DNA of 64,000 nt. It comes from the human T2T-CHM13v2.0 reference genome, Homo sapiens. Both the position numbers and the translations under genes were made by a program. The stretch's first letter is position 1. Every line of letters begins with the position of its first letter. Location: the NCBI GenBank assembly GCA_009914755.4, contig CP068257.2, forward strand, positions 34,304,001 through 34,368,000, read 5' to 3'. The notes below the pieces were generated by a model. That model saw only the letters and a program-made list of their open reading frames with translations. It had not been told where the DNA came from and did no database searches. This document shows, piece by piece, positions 15,586 to 30,150 of the stretch.

Positions 15586-17536
15586 CAAGCCCATTGTTAA
15601 ATTTTTCCAAAGCTATAGAAAAGCCAAAAGGAGAAAAACAATCACCCACAAACTCATCATCCAAAAGCAATCACTATTAACATTTATTCTATGATCTGGT
15701 CTTCTTTAACTTTGCATATTTTTAAATAATTGTAATTAGACTGGAAATACAAATTGGTTACACCAGCTTTTCAATTAATATTCTTAAGTTTGTGTACCAT
15801 TTTAAAATTAATATTATAATGATATGACAATTACTATTTATCCATAAGGAGAAACTTTTTCACGTATTTTTCAAAATGTTTTCCCTTGTGAAAAGAAGAA
15901 AAAAACTTTTCCCTTGTGAATTGTCTATTCTTTGCCTACTCACTATTTCCTTGCACATTATATAAAGAATATTCTTTTTTATCCATTTTTTGGAATGATT
16001 TTCTATGCTGTTTCTCAATTATCTCACCCAGTAAGTACCTACCATTGTGCTGAATACAAAATTAGTGTGACCCAATATTGATGATCAATCATTAAAAATC
16101 ATTCACCCAACCGAATGATCAAGGTTAACATCAGCGGTATGAAGTCATGTTGACATCACATGCACCTGCCATGAGGCAATGAAAAGGGCACTTCATCTTC
16201 ATGGTATTCTTCCCAGAAACCCAAAACCCTGGTCTAATCACAAGAAAACATCAGACACATGCAAATGGGGAACATTCTACAAAATGTCTAACCAGTCCTC
16301 TTGAGAAATGTCAAGGTCGTAAAAAACAACAAAAGACTGAGAATCTGTCACAGATTGGAGAAGACTAAGGGGCTGTAATGACTAAATGCAGCATCGTATC
16401 CTGGATTAGATTCTGGAAAAGAAAAAAAGTCATTAGTAGAAAAACAAATCAGAATAAAGTCTATCGTCTAATTAATAGTATTGTATCAATGTTGAGTTCT
16501 TACTTTTTATAAATATGCCACTGTTATGTAAGAGGTTAACATTAAGGAAAACAGGTGAAGAGTATACAAAAAGCTCTCTGTACTGCCTTTGCAACTCTTC
16601 CATAAATCTAAAATGATTTCGACATTAAAAGGTGGGTTTTGTTTTTAATGATTCACTCTGGATGCATAACTAGTGGCATTTCACAGACAATCGCACCTTT
16701 ATCCAACACAACCTTAACCCTTTCATCAACAACCTTAAATTACAAAATAAAAGAAGTATTTATTGAGTTCATAATAAATTAGAAGATAGCTAAGACCCAG
16801 AAACAGAGATTACGTATTGAGTGTGAGTTTGCTGAGCTAAAAAGGAGATTGACAACAACAAAATTAGGTCCATATGACAGGTCAAAATCATGCTCTCTAA
16901 GCAGAAAAAGTGGACCACACAAACTAAAGACAAGTTCCCCCAAGGTGGCATGGTATGTTGGAAATATCCTGGTTCTGAAATTGAGTCACACAACTGCCAA
17001 TTTCCTGTTGGTTAGGAACCTTAGGAAAGTAAATAATCTTCCAGAGTCTTGGTTTCTTCAAATTTAAAACTGAAGTGGTAAGGTTTATTTTATGAAACTG
17101 TGGAGTAGGGGGTCAATCAACTTTTTCTGTGAGTTAGGAAATATTTTTAGGCTTTGTAGATCAGACGGTCTATGTCCCAGCCATGTAACTCTGGTGCTAT
17201 AGCTCAGAAGAAGCCACAGACAACGTGTGAACATGCGGCCTGGGCCTTAAAGAAGAAAGTAGCTGGGGAGTAAGTAGAAAAAGGAAGAAATTAATAGCTT
17301 CCATATGCCACAGAATTCACCCAATGCCATAGCTGGGATCATGCAGGAGGAGCACTGTGGTCAGAGATCTCTATTTCCAAATGTGAATATTGTTCACAGA
17401 AAGGATATGCTATCAGCACTTTGGGAACAAGACAGCTGTAACATGTGTTTGCTGTGTTATTTAAAAATATTTAGCACAACCATAGAAGACAATACAAATA
17501 AATAAGAAGGATGAAACTCAAAGGATATATTACTTA

Positions 17537-17795
17537 ACCGTAATGGCTAATTTTATGTGTCAACTTGACTGGGCCAGAAGGTGCCCAGACATTTGGTTAA
17601 ACATTATCCTGGGTGTTTCCATGAAGGTGTTTTTGGAGGAGTTTAACACTGAACTTAGTAGACTAAGTAAAGCAGATTTCCCTCCCTCATGTAGGCGGGC
17701 CTCATCCCATCAGTCAATGCCCTGAATAGACAAAAAGGCCAACCCTCTCCCAAGGAAGAGAGGACTCCTCCTGCCTGACAGCCTTTAAACTATTG
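17537..17795 (+). mobile_element. 5' portion of a MaLR-like LTR, same family as 35669-36126
   Basis: tgtgtcaacttgactgggccagaaggtgcccagacatttggttaaacattatcctgggtgtttccatgaaggtgtttttggaggagtttaacactgaa ... agcagatttccctcc aligns with 35690-35800. Confidence 0.45.
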
Positions 17796-18534
17796 TCTTC
17801 AATGTTGAATAGAAACATTGGCTTTTCCTTTCTCAATGGCATGGTCACAGACACACTTTCAAACCACTACATTGTGATTCTTTTATTAGACTGGGAATAA
17901 AATGTGTCCTTCCTGGTGAAAGAACATAGTTACAAGGGCCATGCCAAAAACACTTCCTTGAGATCCCCAATTGCAAATCAGGTAAACCTCACATGTGTCA
18001 CCTGCATTAAACCCACCAGTGATTGGAGGAGAGTGTCACAGTGAGCAATGGATGTCTTTAGAAACACACAGGCGGCCTCTCACGGATGTCTCCAAGTGAT
18101 AGAAGATGCTATAAATATACACGAGGGTATGAAAAAGCAGCCTTTGCTGACAGAAACCCTCAGGGTTAAGCTGTCAGAAAATAAATGATACTGGTATAAG
18201 GCAAGGAGAACTTGTTTGCAAAACAGAACAACCTGAGTTTTCCACCTCTGACATGGACTTATCTAAAAAGATGCTACATGAGAAATACTTCCGAGAATTC
18301 TGATAGTATCCTAATTTCAGAGACCCTTGATCCAGCCATGAGTTTATAACCAGAAGGGTGAAGAACTCTTCCTGAGAAAGGTTGCATTTTGCTTCTATGT
18401 CAAGAAGCCATTCGTCCTCCCTTTAATTCCAATTACAGAAATTCATGCTAAGAAATGAAACAGAGATGTGAGAACAATGCATCTGTAACAGTGTTTATTT
18501 CAGCATCATTTCTGAAAGAAAATTTGAAACAATA

Positions 18535-18835
18535 TCTAAGTGTCCATTGATAGAGAAATGATTAAATATTAATATTAAATGATTAAATATGATTAAAAAT
18601 GCAGCATAGGCAAAAGGTAGAATAGTATGTTGCTGTCAAAAATCAGTTTTTGAAGAGTAATGATCTGGAATACAGTATGTTCATTACATAATATAACGTT
18701 AAAAGGAGGATGTAAAGTTATACATTCAACATGATTTCAGTTTGATCTCTAAAATGGTAAGAATTCTTGTTTTCATAATACTTTTCTGTATTTTCCAAAT
18801 TTTCTACAATGGAAATCCATGACTTTTATAATCAG
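18535..18835 (+). mobile_element. Ancient L1 (L1M/L1PB-like) 3'UTR fragment
   Basis: gtccattgatagagaaatg ... gtaagaattcttgttttcataatacttttctgtattttcc resembles old L1 3' ends. Confidence 0.3.
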
Positions 18836-20263
18836 GGGGAAAATTATTATTCAAAGAAATGGATTTGTCCCAAAGAAAACTCCCCCTTTTCAGTGACAGT
18901 ATGGTTCCAATAGCCCAGCACATGGATAAGAGAAGTGACTACAATAAAGATTACCATGATCCCAACCTCTAAAACATTCTCTCTCCGTGCCTCCTCAGCA
19001 AGGTATCCTCCTGCTAAAGGCAGTGTCTACACCCGTAGGGGGAATACTATTACAGACACTCTAGAGAACCAGGCCAACAGTGACTTTTCAGTTACATTAA
19101 CGGCTCAAAGTTTGACCACAAAGCAGCATTAGCAGAGTGGGTTCTGTCTATTCAACAACAGATGATCCTGCCTCCCAATTATCACAGATAAGCCATTCAG
19201 CAAATGCACCATCAACCCAAACAATACTTGCAGGGTTCTAGCACTCTGTGCGATGAGTATTCAGGCGAACGGCTAAAGTTCGTGTCTGGCTAATTTTAAA
19301 ATGTGCTGACTATAAAATTTTCCCAGTATTGCCAGTATAGGGAAGAGCACCTCTCTAATTAAAACAGCTCCTCTGTTCTCTGTTTCTTCTTTCAATGACT
19401 TAACATTACCATCGCCAGCTTTGTCTTAGGTGTACAACAGTCTAGAGTACTTGTAACTGATGCCCAGTGAAAGGGCAAAACTGAGCCGTTCAAACGCTTC
19501 ACAGCCTGAGCGGTTGTGTCTGCGTGCATTAATGAGCATGCATAGTAATGGAGATTTAGCGTGGATACAGAGGGACATCTAGTGACCAGCTAAGTAAAAA
19601 ACACAGTGCAGCCTGCAAACTACATGGAGGCGGCCATGGATCCTTCACCTAAAGTTGTGCTTTATTTGATGAATAAGTATTGAACATCTATTATGTCCAA
19701 GGCACTGCACTAAATTTAGGGGTTACAAAGAACAAGACAAAAATCCTTCCATGAGAGACAGGATTTTCCATAATTTAAAGCTGATGGAAAAACATCTCCT
19801 TAAGTAATGAGTAATTTTTCTGTTGTCTCTATTTATGAAAGGCAAAACGAAATTTCACACTCAAAAGAGAACATCCCTCAAAGGAAACCCAAATTATTTG
19901 CTTTCCTATTGTAAGATAATTTTCCAAAAGCACTAGAAATAAAGTAATATTCTATGTCAGCAATTCCAAACTTGCAATACATGCAACAAGTTTTTTCTTT
20001 GATTTGTGTAACAATTTCCCATATTTCTTCCCGAACCCAAAGGGATGAGTATTATAGAACAGTGTTCTCAAAATAAATTAAAACAAACTTAGCCCTGATA
20101 ATTTTAGAAATTAACTTTATCCTACTCTTTAAGTTAATCAGTCCCAACAGGCTCACAAACTAACCAAAAGTAAATACAAAACTGGAAAATGCTGAATTCA
20201 AGCCCCAAAACTACTATCAAAGACACGAAAGCAGGAACTTTTCTCACCTAACATCCAAAGGAA

Positions 20264-20265
<2 letters not shown>

Positions 20266-20303
<38 letters not shown>
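20266..20303. repeat. (TG)19 microsatellite
   Basis: Direct read. Confidence 0.95.
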
Positions 20304-20307
<4 letters not shown>

Positions 20308-21324
20308 AATCCTTTACTCCCCACCACCACTAAAAAAATATTAATATGTGAAAGTTTTGGAATGTATTTTATTTTGAATATCATAATGTTTTGCATACAT
20401 AAAATGGCACATTGCAAACCACACTATCATGCACTTCTTTTCTGTTATAAGAGGAGGAAAACAATTAAATATTGCTGTACATGGAGCACGTCAAGAAGTT
20501 TGTGAGCAATCCTAGAGAGGGTCGAGTGCCTTTCTTCTGGGAAGAGCCAGTGACAACCCAAATCACCGGGTCATGTAAGACCCATGAAAGTAAAAGCAAC
20601 TCAACTCAGAGTTTATTTTATTTGAGGTTTTTGGTGAATAAGAAATACAGGATATTGCCATTATCTTCAAAGTGAAGACTAAGCAACATTAAATTATTCA
20701 GTAAACGCAGTAAGTAAAAATAAGCTCCAGTTCTACCTTACATACATTTCAGAAAAAGACGCTATGATGAGGGTGGTAATCAGGATAAAACAGAGACCAT
20801 GAGACCAATGTGGACCTTACCATGAGCCACATGCCCTGAAGGTAGACTGGCTATCTTTGGGAAAATCTCAACTCTTCAGATTAAAAGGGTGAATGAATAT
20901 TTCCAGGATTTTTAAATTAAATGTGTTTAGCTATGGCCATTGATGCCTTTTTGTCCTCATTCATTTTCTTCCCAACCTTTAGGGTTACTCCTGCAGCCCT
21001 CTCTAAGCTGCATTGGCCTCTCTCACCCCAGCAGCCCTGTAGCAAGCCCCACAGTCCCATGCTGGCCAGAGGAAGGCAAGGGGGCTCAGCCCATAAAACT
21101 TCATGACTGTCTCAGCTCTGCCTCTTTCCTTCTGGCCTTTTCTATAGTCATGGCTCTCAAATAGCTCACCTGTCACCATCTCCTTCCGACAGTGTCTTCC
21201 AGATGGCTTTGAATACCAGTACCAGGCCAGGCTGAGCCCACAAAGGGCACCAACCAGATAGGCCACTGAGATGGGGCCGGGGTCAGACCTATTGGATCCA
21301 TGCATGCTGTATACACATTGGTGT

Positions 21325-21893
21325 GCACACACACACACAGCATGAGCAAGCACGAACACACACACCCCAACTTACCTCCTCGTTACACATTATACGCCTG
21401 CATGCACACACATACACCCCTACTTACTTACTTCCTCATTATACATCACACATCTGCACACACACACAACCACTACTTACTTCCTCATTACACATCATAC
21501 ACCTGCGTGCACACACACACAAACTTACCTCATTACACATCACACATTTGCACACACACACATCCCTACTTACTTACCTCCTCATTACACATCACACATT
21601 TGCACACATACACATCCCTACTTACCTCCTCATTACACATATCTGCACACACACACACCACTACTTACCTCATTACACGTCACACATCTGCACACACACA
21701 CTTACCTCCTCATTACACATCATACATCTGCACATACACACACACCACTACTTACCTCCTCATTACACATCACACATCTGCACACACACACACACCTTCC
21801 CACATACTTCCTCATTACACATCATACACACACACACATCCCTACCTGTGTACCTCATTACACATCATATATCTACACACTCACACACACACA
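21325..21893. repeat. CA-rich imperfect minisatellite, about 11 units of 37-55 bp (core cctcattacacatcacacatctgcacacacacacaccactacttac)
   Basis: Direct read. The units are anchored on the recurring ctcattacacatca motif. Confidence 0.85.
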
Positions 21894-23389
21894 GCCTTTG
21901 ATAAGAAGAATTGTATGAAATAAATGAACAACTGGTGGCCACTGTCATTAAACCAAGCTTGCTCACCCCTGATTTCAACAGTGTCGGCTCCCCAGAAAGG
22001 AGGCCAGGTCAATGCTGCCGTGTCAGCAGAAAGGACAGTGTGCTTCCAGATGAAAAATACCCAGAGAAATTACAAAGACAGTTATGGTGATTAATCAAAT
22101 TGGAAGACTTAGAATTTACCTTCAAACAGGATTTCTCTCATGCCTCTATTCACAACAGCATAAGAACGTACACATCGGGACAGAACAGTGGCCCAGCAAG
22201 ACCTCCATCCAGACAGCTCCAGCCTGTCCTCTTGTCACAGGCCCCAGCAAGGATCTCGTGCCACTCCTCCCCACCTCTCCTGGGTCTGCACCCAGTGCTC
22301 TGTCATCCTGGTAGACTGTAGTTGGGGTGGCCATCACCCCATTGGCCAGGACAATCCCAGTTACTCCTATTGCCCTGGCATAATTGTTATTAGCACTCTC
22401 TTTTTATTCTGAAAAGAGCTTTGGTCTGGATAATATGTTACATAGCAATTTACCTGTCGGAATGTTTTCTCCACCAACACACCTTTCTTACCTGTTCAGT
22501 TGCAGCGTCAGTGTAAGCACGGGACGCAGATCCTTGCATAGCCCCGTGATTATATGTTGGCCCTGTCCGTGGTTCCCAGAGGTCATTGTGGACACCTTGT
22601 AGGCCATGTACTTGTTGTCCAAGGTAAATGGATCACACGTGCCTTCTGCCTTTTACCTTCCACCTTCAATCATGTTGAACTCGAATCTGCATCAGATACA
22701 CAGGTGAGTGAATACTCAACAAGAGAGAACTCTAATGTATTGAAGCCTATCAATGGATCCATAATAAAAATAATTATCTGTAAGGTTAAGGAAGATATTC
22801 AGCTACTCAGTAGTAAGTAATCACTGAAACCTTTTAAAGAAGCTCAATTCAAAATTCAAATGGGGTGAAATCCACGAACCTCTTTATTTACTCTTAATAC
22901 TAGTAAATGTAGAGAAGGGCAAAGCATAGTTCACATGAATTATTAGAACTGACATTCAAGTGTAAATAAGCCTTTTATTTATAAATGTCATCAGTATTCT
23001 GTTCAAGTGTGTCATGAACCTGTCACCTCATGACAGACACTCAGCAAGTACTTGTTGGCTCATTTATTCGCAGAACAAAACCATTTCTCAGGCTGCATTT
23101 GCAGGCAGCATCGCAGGTGGTGATGAGGTCAGGTGGGGATCAGACACGCCTCTCTTAAAGCCTGGCTCTGCCTTATTAGCTCTTGACTTTGAACAGTCCC
23201 TTCACCTCTCTGAGTTTGTTTCCTGCCTTTGAGTAGGGATCATAGCAACCAATCCCCTAGCATCATTATAGTACCACGTTTAAAGTCCTTATCACAGTGC
23301 CCGGCACTGAGAAAGCTTTCAATCTTTATTTTTACCTAAAAAATTCATATTGTGCTTATTATGTGCCAGGCCCTGTTCTAAGCGCTTAG

Positions 23390-23725
<336 letters not shown>

Positions 23726-23889
23726 AACCCCATGATATAAATATAGATATTAGTATTGTTCCCATTCTACAGATGCAGAGCTGACACATACAGAGGGTAA
23801 GTCCCTGTTCAGAGTCCCACAGCTGGTTACCACCCAGTTAGCCTGGCTCCAGACTCTACTCTCTTCATGCTGCACTAGGCTGCCACTAT

Positions 23890-24250
23890 GGTTTGAACGT
23901 GTTCCCTCCAAAATTCAGGTGTTGAAAGTTAACAGCCAGTAAAATGATATTTGGAGGTGGGGGCCTTTAAGAGGTGATTAAGCCATAAGAACCCCTTTTT
24001 CATGAATGAGTTTAAGGCCCCGGAGGCTTCACACAGCAGTGTTTGTAACTTGCTCTTCTACCTTCCACCAAGTGAGGACACAACTTCCCTCCCCAACAGA
24101 GAGTGCAGCCCTCACCAGACAATCCAACCCACCAGTGCCTTGATCTCGGACTTCCCAGCCTCTAGAACTGTGAGGAAATAAATTGCCGTTCTTCATAAAT
24201 TGCCCAGTCTCGGGCACTCTGTTTTAGCAGTACAACATGGACTAAGATAG
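23890..24250 (+). mobile_element. ERVL-MaLR-type solo LTR
   Basis: gtgttccctccaaaattcaggtgttgaaag ... cttgatctcggacttcccagcctctagaactgtgaggaaataaattgccgttcttcataaattgcccagtctcgggcactctgttttagcagtac ... ggactaagata. Confidence 0.5.
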
Positions 24251-24864
24251 CTGCTATTCCATTTTTCAACATTGCTGGAGCCCACATGGAGAATTAACTA
24301 GAGCTCATGGAGGCCGAAAGCCCAGGAGCTGAGTGAGAAGCTCCACAGGTGGTGTCTTGGCACAGACTTGAGCGGTACAGTTACTGCTACCATGACCCCC
24401 AGCAAGCTGATCCATAGAGATAACCAGCAGCCAGCTCATTCCATCTTAAACCCAGATGGATCCTGAATTATCTTCTATTACTTAAAAAAAAGAAAAAACT
24501 TATCTTCATTTTCCCTTTTGCACTGATACGAACAGACGTGGAGAGAAGATGCATCCAACAGTACCATATCTCCAGATAAAGAAGCAATGCTGAATCATTC
24601 CTTCAAAGTGAAAGTGTTTCAAAGAACCTGCTGCTTAATTCAACCTTTATTTCAGAGATACATTGAGTGTAAAATCATAATTTAGTGATAGCTTGAAGGA
24701 CTTCCTGAACTCACTAGGGTAAGAGTAGGTGGGGGATGGGGGTCTGTTACGGGTTTGTGTCCCCTCAAAAAATACATGCTGGCGTTCTAACTTCTAGCAC
24801 TTAATTTGAAATAGGATCTTTATGGAGTAATCAAGTTAAAATGATGTCATTAGTGTGGGTTCTA

Positions 24865-25237
<373 letters not shown>

Positions 25238-25245
<8 letters not shown>

Positions 25246-25318
25246 AGAGAGAGAGAGAAAGAAAGAGGGAGAGAGAGAGGGAGAGAGAAGGGGGGGACAG
25301 AGAGAGAGAGAAGATGAC
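25238..25318. repeat. (GA)n/(GAGAGGGA)n purine-rich microsatellite derived from the Alu A tail
   Basis: Direct read. Confidence 0.9.
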
Positions 25319-26006
25319 CATCTGCAAGTCAAGTACAGAGGCCCAGAACAGATTCTCCTCACAGCCCTCAGAAGGAAACAACCCTGCAAAGAACTCATAT
25401 AAGCTGGACAGTGAGCAGATGCTAGACAATGAGCAGAGACAGGGAGCTCAGTGCCCCCAGGCAAGACCAGCAGAACCCCACTCTTGGCATAAGAGGGTCC
25501 ACATGCTCTGAGTGGAGGCCTGAGGTCGTTCATCAACAGAGCAGCCACTTCAGGCCGAGGGTGAGTGGTGACTAAACTCCCTGCTTCCCACAGAGGAAGG
25601 GCCAAGCCACACAGCTCAGCAAACATCCATTTCCCTTCTCCTTCCTCCCATCTGACTTGCTGCTGACTGAGGAGACCCTGAGAGAGTCCCCACTCTGCCA
25701 CTGGGGTCACCTGCCCACTGAAGCCAAGAAAAGTCCCATCCAGCTCAGCTCCCCTGGCCAGCCCTGAACAGGCAAGGAAGCCCCTTGCTCTAGCAATTCT
25801 ATTTCTAACCCCCGCCCCCTCGAGGTTGACAGTCATCACCACTGAGGCCTATTTTATTAAAACCTGGGACAGGGGTATGTTCCCCTTCCACAGGTTCCCT
25901 TCCACCTAGATTAACCCTTTGCCTAATTGGCAGAGGTGTAGCAAATGAAGGCAGTTGAACCTGAGGGTGCTACCCTGAAAAAGCAGAAGTCCTTCCCTGT
26001 ATATTC

Positions 26007-26145
26007 TTTTATTATTATTATTATCTTTAAAGACAGGGTCTCACTATGTTGCCCAGGCTGGTCTTGAATTCCCAGCCACAAGAGAACCTCCTGTCTCAGC
26101 CTCCCAAGTAGCTGTGATACAGGTGTGAGCCCACCACGCCCAGCC
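26007..26145 (-). mobile_element. Free left Alu monomer (FLAM-like) with a (TTA)n tail and 16-bp TSD ttccctgtataYtctt
   Basis: gacagggtctcactatgttgcccaggctggtcttgaattcc ... gcctcccaagtagctgtgatacaggtgtgagcccaccacgcccagcc. Direct repeats at 25991-26006 and 26146-26161. Confidence 0.8.
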
Positions 26146-28430
26146 TTCCCTGTATACTCTTATCGTTGTCCTTGACCTCAAGCCTTCCCTTGAAAGTAAC
26201 TATAGGCCTATGTACCCCAAACCTCTGTGCAACCTCTGGTCACTTACCTATGAACACTCCACTCTGCCCCCTTAAATTTCACTCCCCTATATGCTCAGTG
26301 ATCGCCATTCTGGGGCTGGTGCCGTGGAAAGAAGGGATATATACGAGGATCAAGGATGATTTGCACTCTGTAAAATATTGCATTTATATTCCACACCAGC
26401 TTGAATTAAACCCTCCAGATTTGTAGGAATTACCTTTCTTACTGAGGTTTGATTACTTCTATGATTTTGATCTACCAGGAGAAAAAAGAAAATGTACAAG
26501 ATATAAATTTAAAAAACAGAAAAGGTAGCTCCAGATATCTTAAAATATTTTTCTTAATACAGAACATATAGATCCTAATTGCCTTCAAACAGCTATCGCC
26601 CTGTGGATGAAATAGAGATATCTTTATTTTTAATAAACAACAAGAAAAGAATCCTTTATGCGGTGTTCGCGTGGAAGCACCAAACATCTTGCCATGCCAA
26701 GGATCAAATAACTTTATTAATTGACCAATTAAAGCCTTAACCATTCCTACTATAGTCCAAGAATATTCAATAACATGGGGAAAATATTTGTACAACAATG
26801 TTAAGGGGTAAACAGTAGAATTCAGAATTATCTATTACATAATATATGTATAATCACACACAATTATTCTGTACAGGCACAAAAAATGAAATACTTTAAA
26901 TAATGGTCATTATAGCTGAATGATGAGTTCCAGGCAATTCCAGCATGTTTCTGTATTTTCCCAATTTATTAAAATAAGCTTATATTACTTTTTTAATCAG
27001 AGAAAAAAGTTACATTGTATCTTAACCATTTAACAATTATATATCTACTTTATAAGTATATGAATATCCAACTAATTTTACATACCAGGCTGCTAGCCCA
27101 TTAGGAAAATTTTATAACCAACCCCAAAAGTTATTACAAACTGTGCACTGGAACCCATAGAAGCTCAAGATATACAACTGCAAACAAAAATTAAAGAAAA
27201 TATATGAGGTGTTATCACTTCAGCAAGGATAGTTTTTGGTAATTGATTCTGTTTTAGTGTGCCACTAGAAATATATCCTCTTCATTTATGTCCTCTCTTG
27301 CTTTCTCTGAGTGTATAAAATGACAGCTTATGCGGAAATCAAGTCGAGGTCAAATTACCAATATTCTGTAAGTGGCTGGAGGTCAGAATTACCTCCTAAA
27401 GAGCCCTGAGCCCCAGAGTGAGTTTCTATTTATTCAGCATTCTACTTCCCAATCTCAGCTAACAAGGAAAAAAAAAAAAAAAAAGGAGAAAGGGGCAAAA
27501 TGGGTTCCAAACTCAGGGTTCAGCCTGTGTTTTCAAATGACCAAGAAAAACAAAGGCATATGCAGGCACAACCAGACAGAGTACAGGGTAGAAGTCCCTT
27601 GTATTTGTAAAGGCAAATGTTTGATTAGTTCTATTCAGCTTGAATAATTCTAGTTGTGTGATATAAGAAAAAGAGAAAAAACTGTACCCTGGCAAACAGC
27701 TAAGAAATCCTTAATGGGCTTTGAGGGTTCCCTATATTCATTATATTTTTAATGTAACGGGCAGCCACCATGTGCCATGCATACTGCTAGAAACATAAGA
27801 TGCCATGAGAATGTGGCCCTAGATCCTTGGAAGAGTGGGGCTACTTCTTTCCCAATTGTTGAATCTTTTTATGTCTATTTTTGGTTTTAATACATGTTAT
27901 GGAAGCATAATCGTCCTTCCAAAAATACTTGGTAACCAACATTGGTTTAATGGTGTATAAAATTTATTTTGGCTTTAACAAGGCATCTGGATCACAGATT
28001 CCTATAAAGGTTGCAAAGTCAGGCCCCAAGTGATACAGTCCATGGGACACTGCCTTTCCCATCCCTATCCATTCCTCCTGCTCCTACTCCCAGCTGCCTT
28101 GTGAGAAAAGGTCAGTTGTACTGGTTTGCCCAGGATAATGAAATGTCACTGAATGAGCTGCTATAACACTAACTATTTTTACTGCTTTTGCATGTTCCTT
28201 TCTACTTTTATCTCATCTTTGAAAGATGTTTTACGACATCTTTGCAAGATGAATGGAAAAGGCAATGGGGCATGCACTGAAATGTGGACTATGCTAAAGC
28301 TTTGCAACTCAAGACCAAATTCCACATTGATACTTCCTAGTCACTTCCATAGTCTGCTTGCTGCTTTCCCTGCCTCCTCCACCCTATCCCACCCCAACCA
28401 ATTCAGATGGACTTCAAAAATTCAAGTCCA

Positions 28431-28787
28431 GTAGGGCACAGTAGCTTATACCAGTAATCCCAATGCTTTCAGAGGCCAAGTCAGGAGATCACTTGAGGCC
28501 AGGAGTTCAAGACCAGCCCAGGCAACACAGTAAGACCCTGTCTCTACAAAAAATATAAATAAATAAAAATTTTAAATTAGCTGAGCATGGTTGTGGGTGC
28601 CTGTAGTCCCAGCTACTTGGGAGGCTGAGGCAAGAGTATTACTTGAGCCCAGGAGTTTGAGGTTATAATGAGCTATGATTGCACCACTTCACTCCAGCCT
28701 GGGTGACAGAGTAAGACCCTATCTCTAAAATGAATGAATAAATGAATGAATGAATGAATAAATAAATAAATGGATTAATTAAAAAAA
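28431..28787 (+). mobile_element. Alu SINE whose tail has expanded into (AATG/AAAT)n at 28729-28787
   Basis: Alu consensus match, followed by aatgaatgaataaatgaatgaatgaatgaataaataaataaatgg. Confidence 0.9.
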
Positions 28788-29702
28788 CAATCAAATCTGA
28801 TAATGATATTACCTGGCCTAATCCTTTCCAATGGTTCCATGTCACTTACCAAGGACAGTCAGAACTGCTCATGCATATTCCAGGCCTTTCTGGTCATCCC
28901 TGCTGGCTCCGTCCCCACTCCTGCAGCCAATGTGACAGCCCCACACCTGTGCACATGCATTCCCCAAACCCGCACCATCCTCATCCCATCTCATCACCAG
29001 AAGAGCAACTCCTATCTGCACAAGCATCCCATCTTCCATGAAACATGTTTCTTAGAAAAATGTTTAATTAGGAAAGAAATTTAAATCAGTACCTTCTTTG
29101 AAGAAGACCGGAGGGATGGGTTTGGCCCTGGAGAGAAAGTTATACCCAATCTTAGAGAATCTTACCCTGCTTTTTCTTTTATTCAGTACCCAGTAACTAC
29201 TGATGAGGTGGACTCTGTACCACACATTGATTTCACTACTAAAGCCCCAGGAGAATAGACAAGTCCTGGAACCATCGGGGCTGGCAAGACTTTATGGGAA
29301 AATGTGCATAGAAGTAAAACATGCAAACAAGGTATTTTGAGTCCTTGTGAAATATACTTCTGCAGAAGTATATCTTCCACTTTCATCACTGTCCCCAAGA
29401 ACGTTTGGGGAATAAGGTGGCCACTTGGATAGCTAAGCTGCAAAACCATCAGATGATACATGTAAATGGCAGGTTTAAGAGAAAGAATAGCTCCCAGTCC
29501 AGCAATCCACCCATGGGGTTGGATTACCATGTCGAAAGACAAAATGTGCTCCTTGTAAACTAGAGTGGCCAGCCATGGAATCTGCCCAGCCTGTGGGCAA
29601 ATGTTGGCAGGCCCCATCTAAGCACTGTGCAGGGAAGGGGCTGGCCCAAGGACTCCAGCTGCCTGGCCCAGGGGCAGCTCTATCTAAATGAAAGAGTGTA
29701 TT

Positions 29703-30150
29703 AATTTCCTAGAGCTGCCATAACAAATTAGCACAAACTGAGTGGTTAAAAACAACAGAATTGTATGGTTTCACAGTTTTGGAAGCCAGAAATCTGATAT
29801 CAAGGTGTCATCAGGGTTGGCTACTTCTACAGGCTCTGAGGGACAGTGCATTCCATGCCTCTTTCTAGCTTCTGGGGGCTGTCAGGAATCCTTGACACTC
29901 CTTGGCTTGTAGCTTCAGAACTCCAATCTCTGCATCTGTCTTCACATGGCCTTCTTTTCTTCTCTTGTAAGGATATAGAATTTGTAAATTGACACTGGAT
30001 TTAGGGCACACCTAATCAAGGATGATTTCATCTTGAAATCCTTAACATAATTACATCTGCAAAGACTCTTTTTCCAAATAGGGTCACATTTATAGGGCTC
30101 AGGTGGACACACCTTTTGAGTGGCTCACCATTCAATCCACTGCAGAAAGC
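29703..30150 (+). mobile_element. Ancient interspersed repeat, unnamed LTR/MER-type family, shared with 36749-37082
   Basis: gctgccataacaaattagcacaaactgagtggttaaaaacaacagaattgtatggtttcacagttttggaagccagaaatc parallels ggctgctataacaaaatatcatagactaggtggcttattaacagctgaacatgatttctcacagtgccagaggctgaaag. Confidence 0.4.

Noticed and set aside
21300-21923. Two overlapping + strand ORFs of 207 and 192 aa, the longest in the window
   Set aside because: They lie entirely within the CA-rich minisatellite. Their translations are His/Thr/Tyr/Leu repeats produced by CAC/ACA/TAC codon periodicity. Both frames are open at once, which is typical of low-complexity DNA rather than coding sequence.
26472-26798. 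108-aa minus-strand ORF with faint resemblance (LKAIRIYMF...) to L1 ORF2
   Set aside because: The similarity is too weak and patchy to call. The DNA does not match young L1 ORF2 in either orientation. It might be an ancient LINE fragment, but I cannot support that from the sequence alone.
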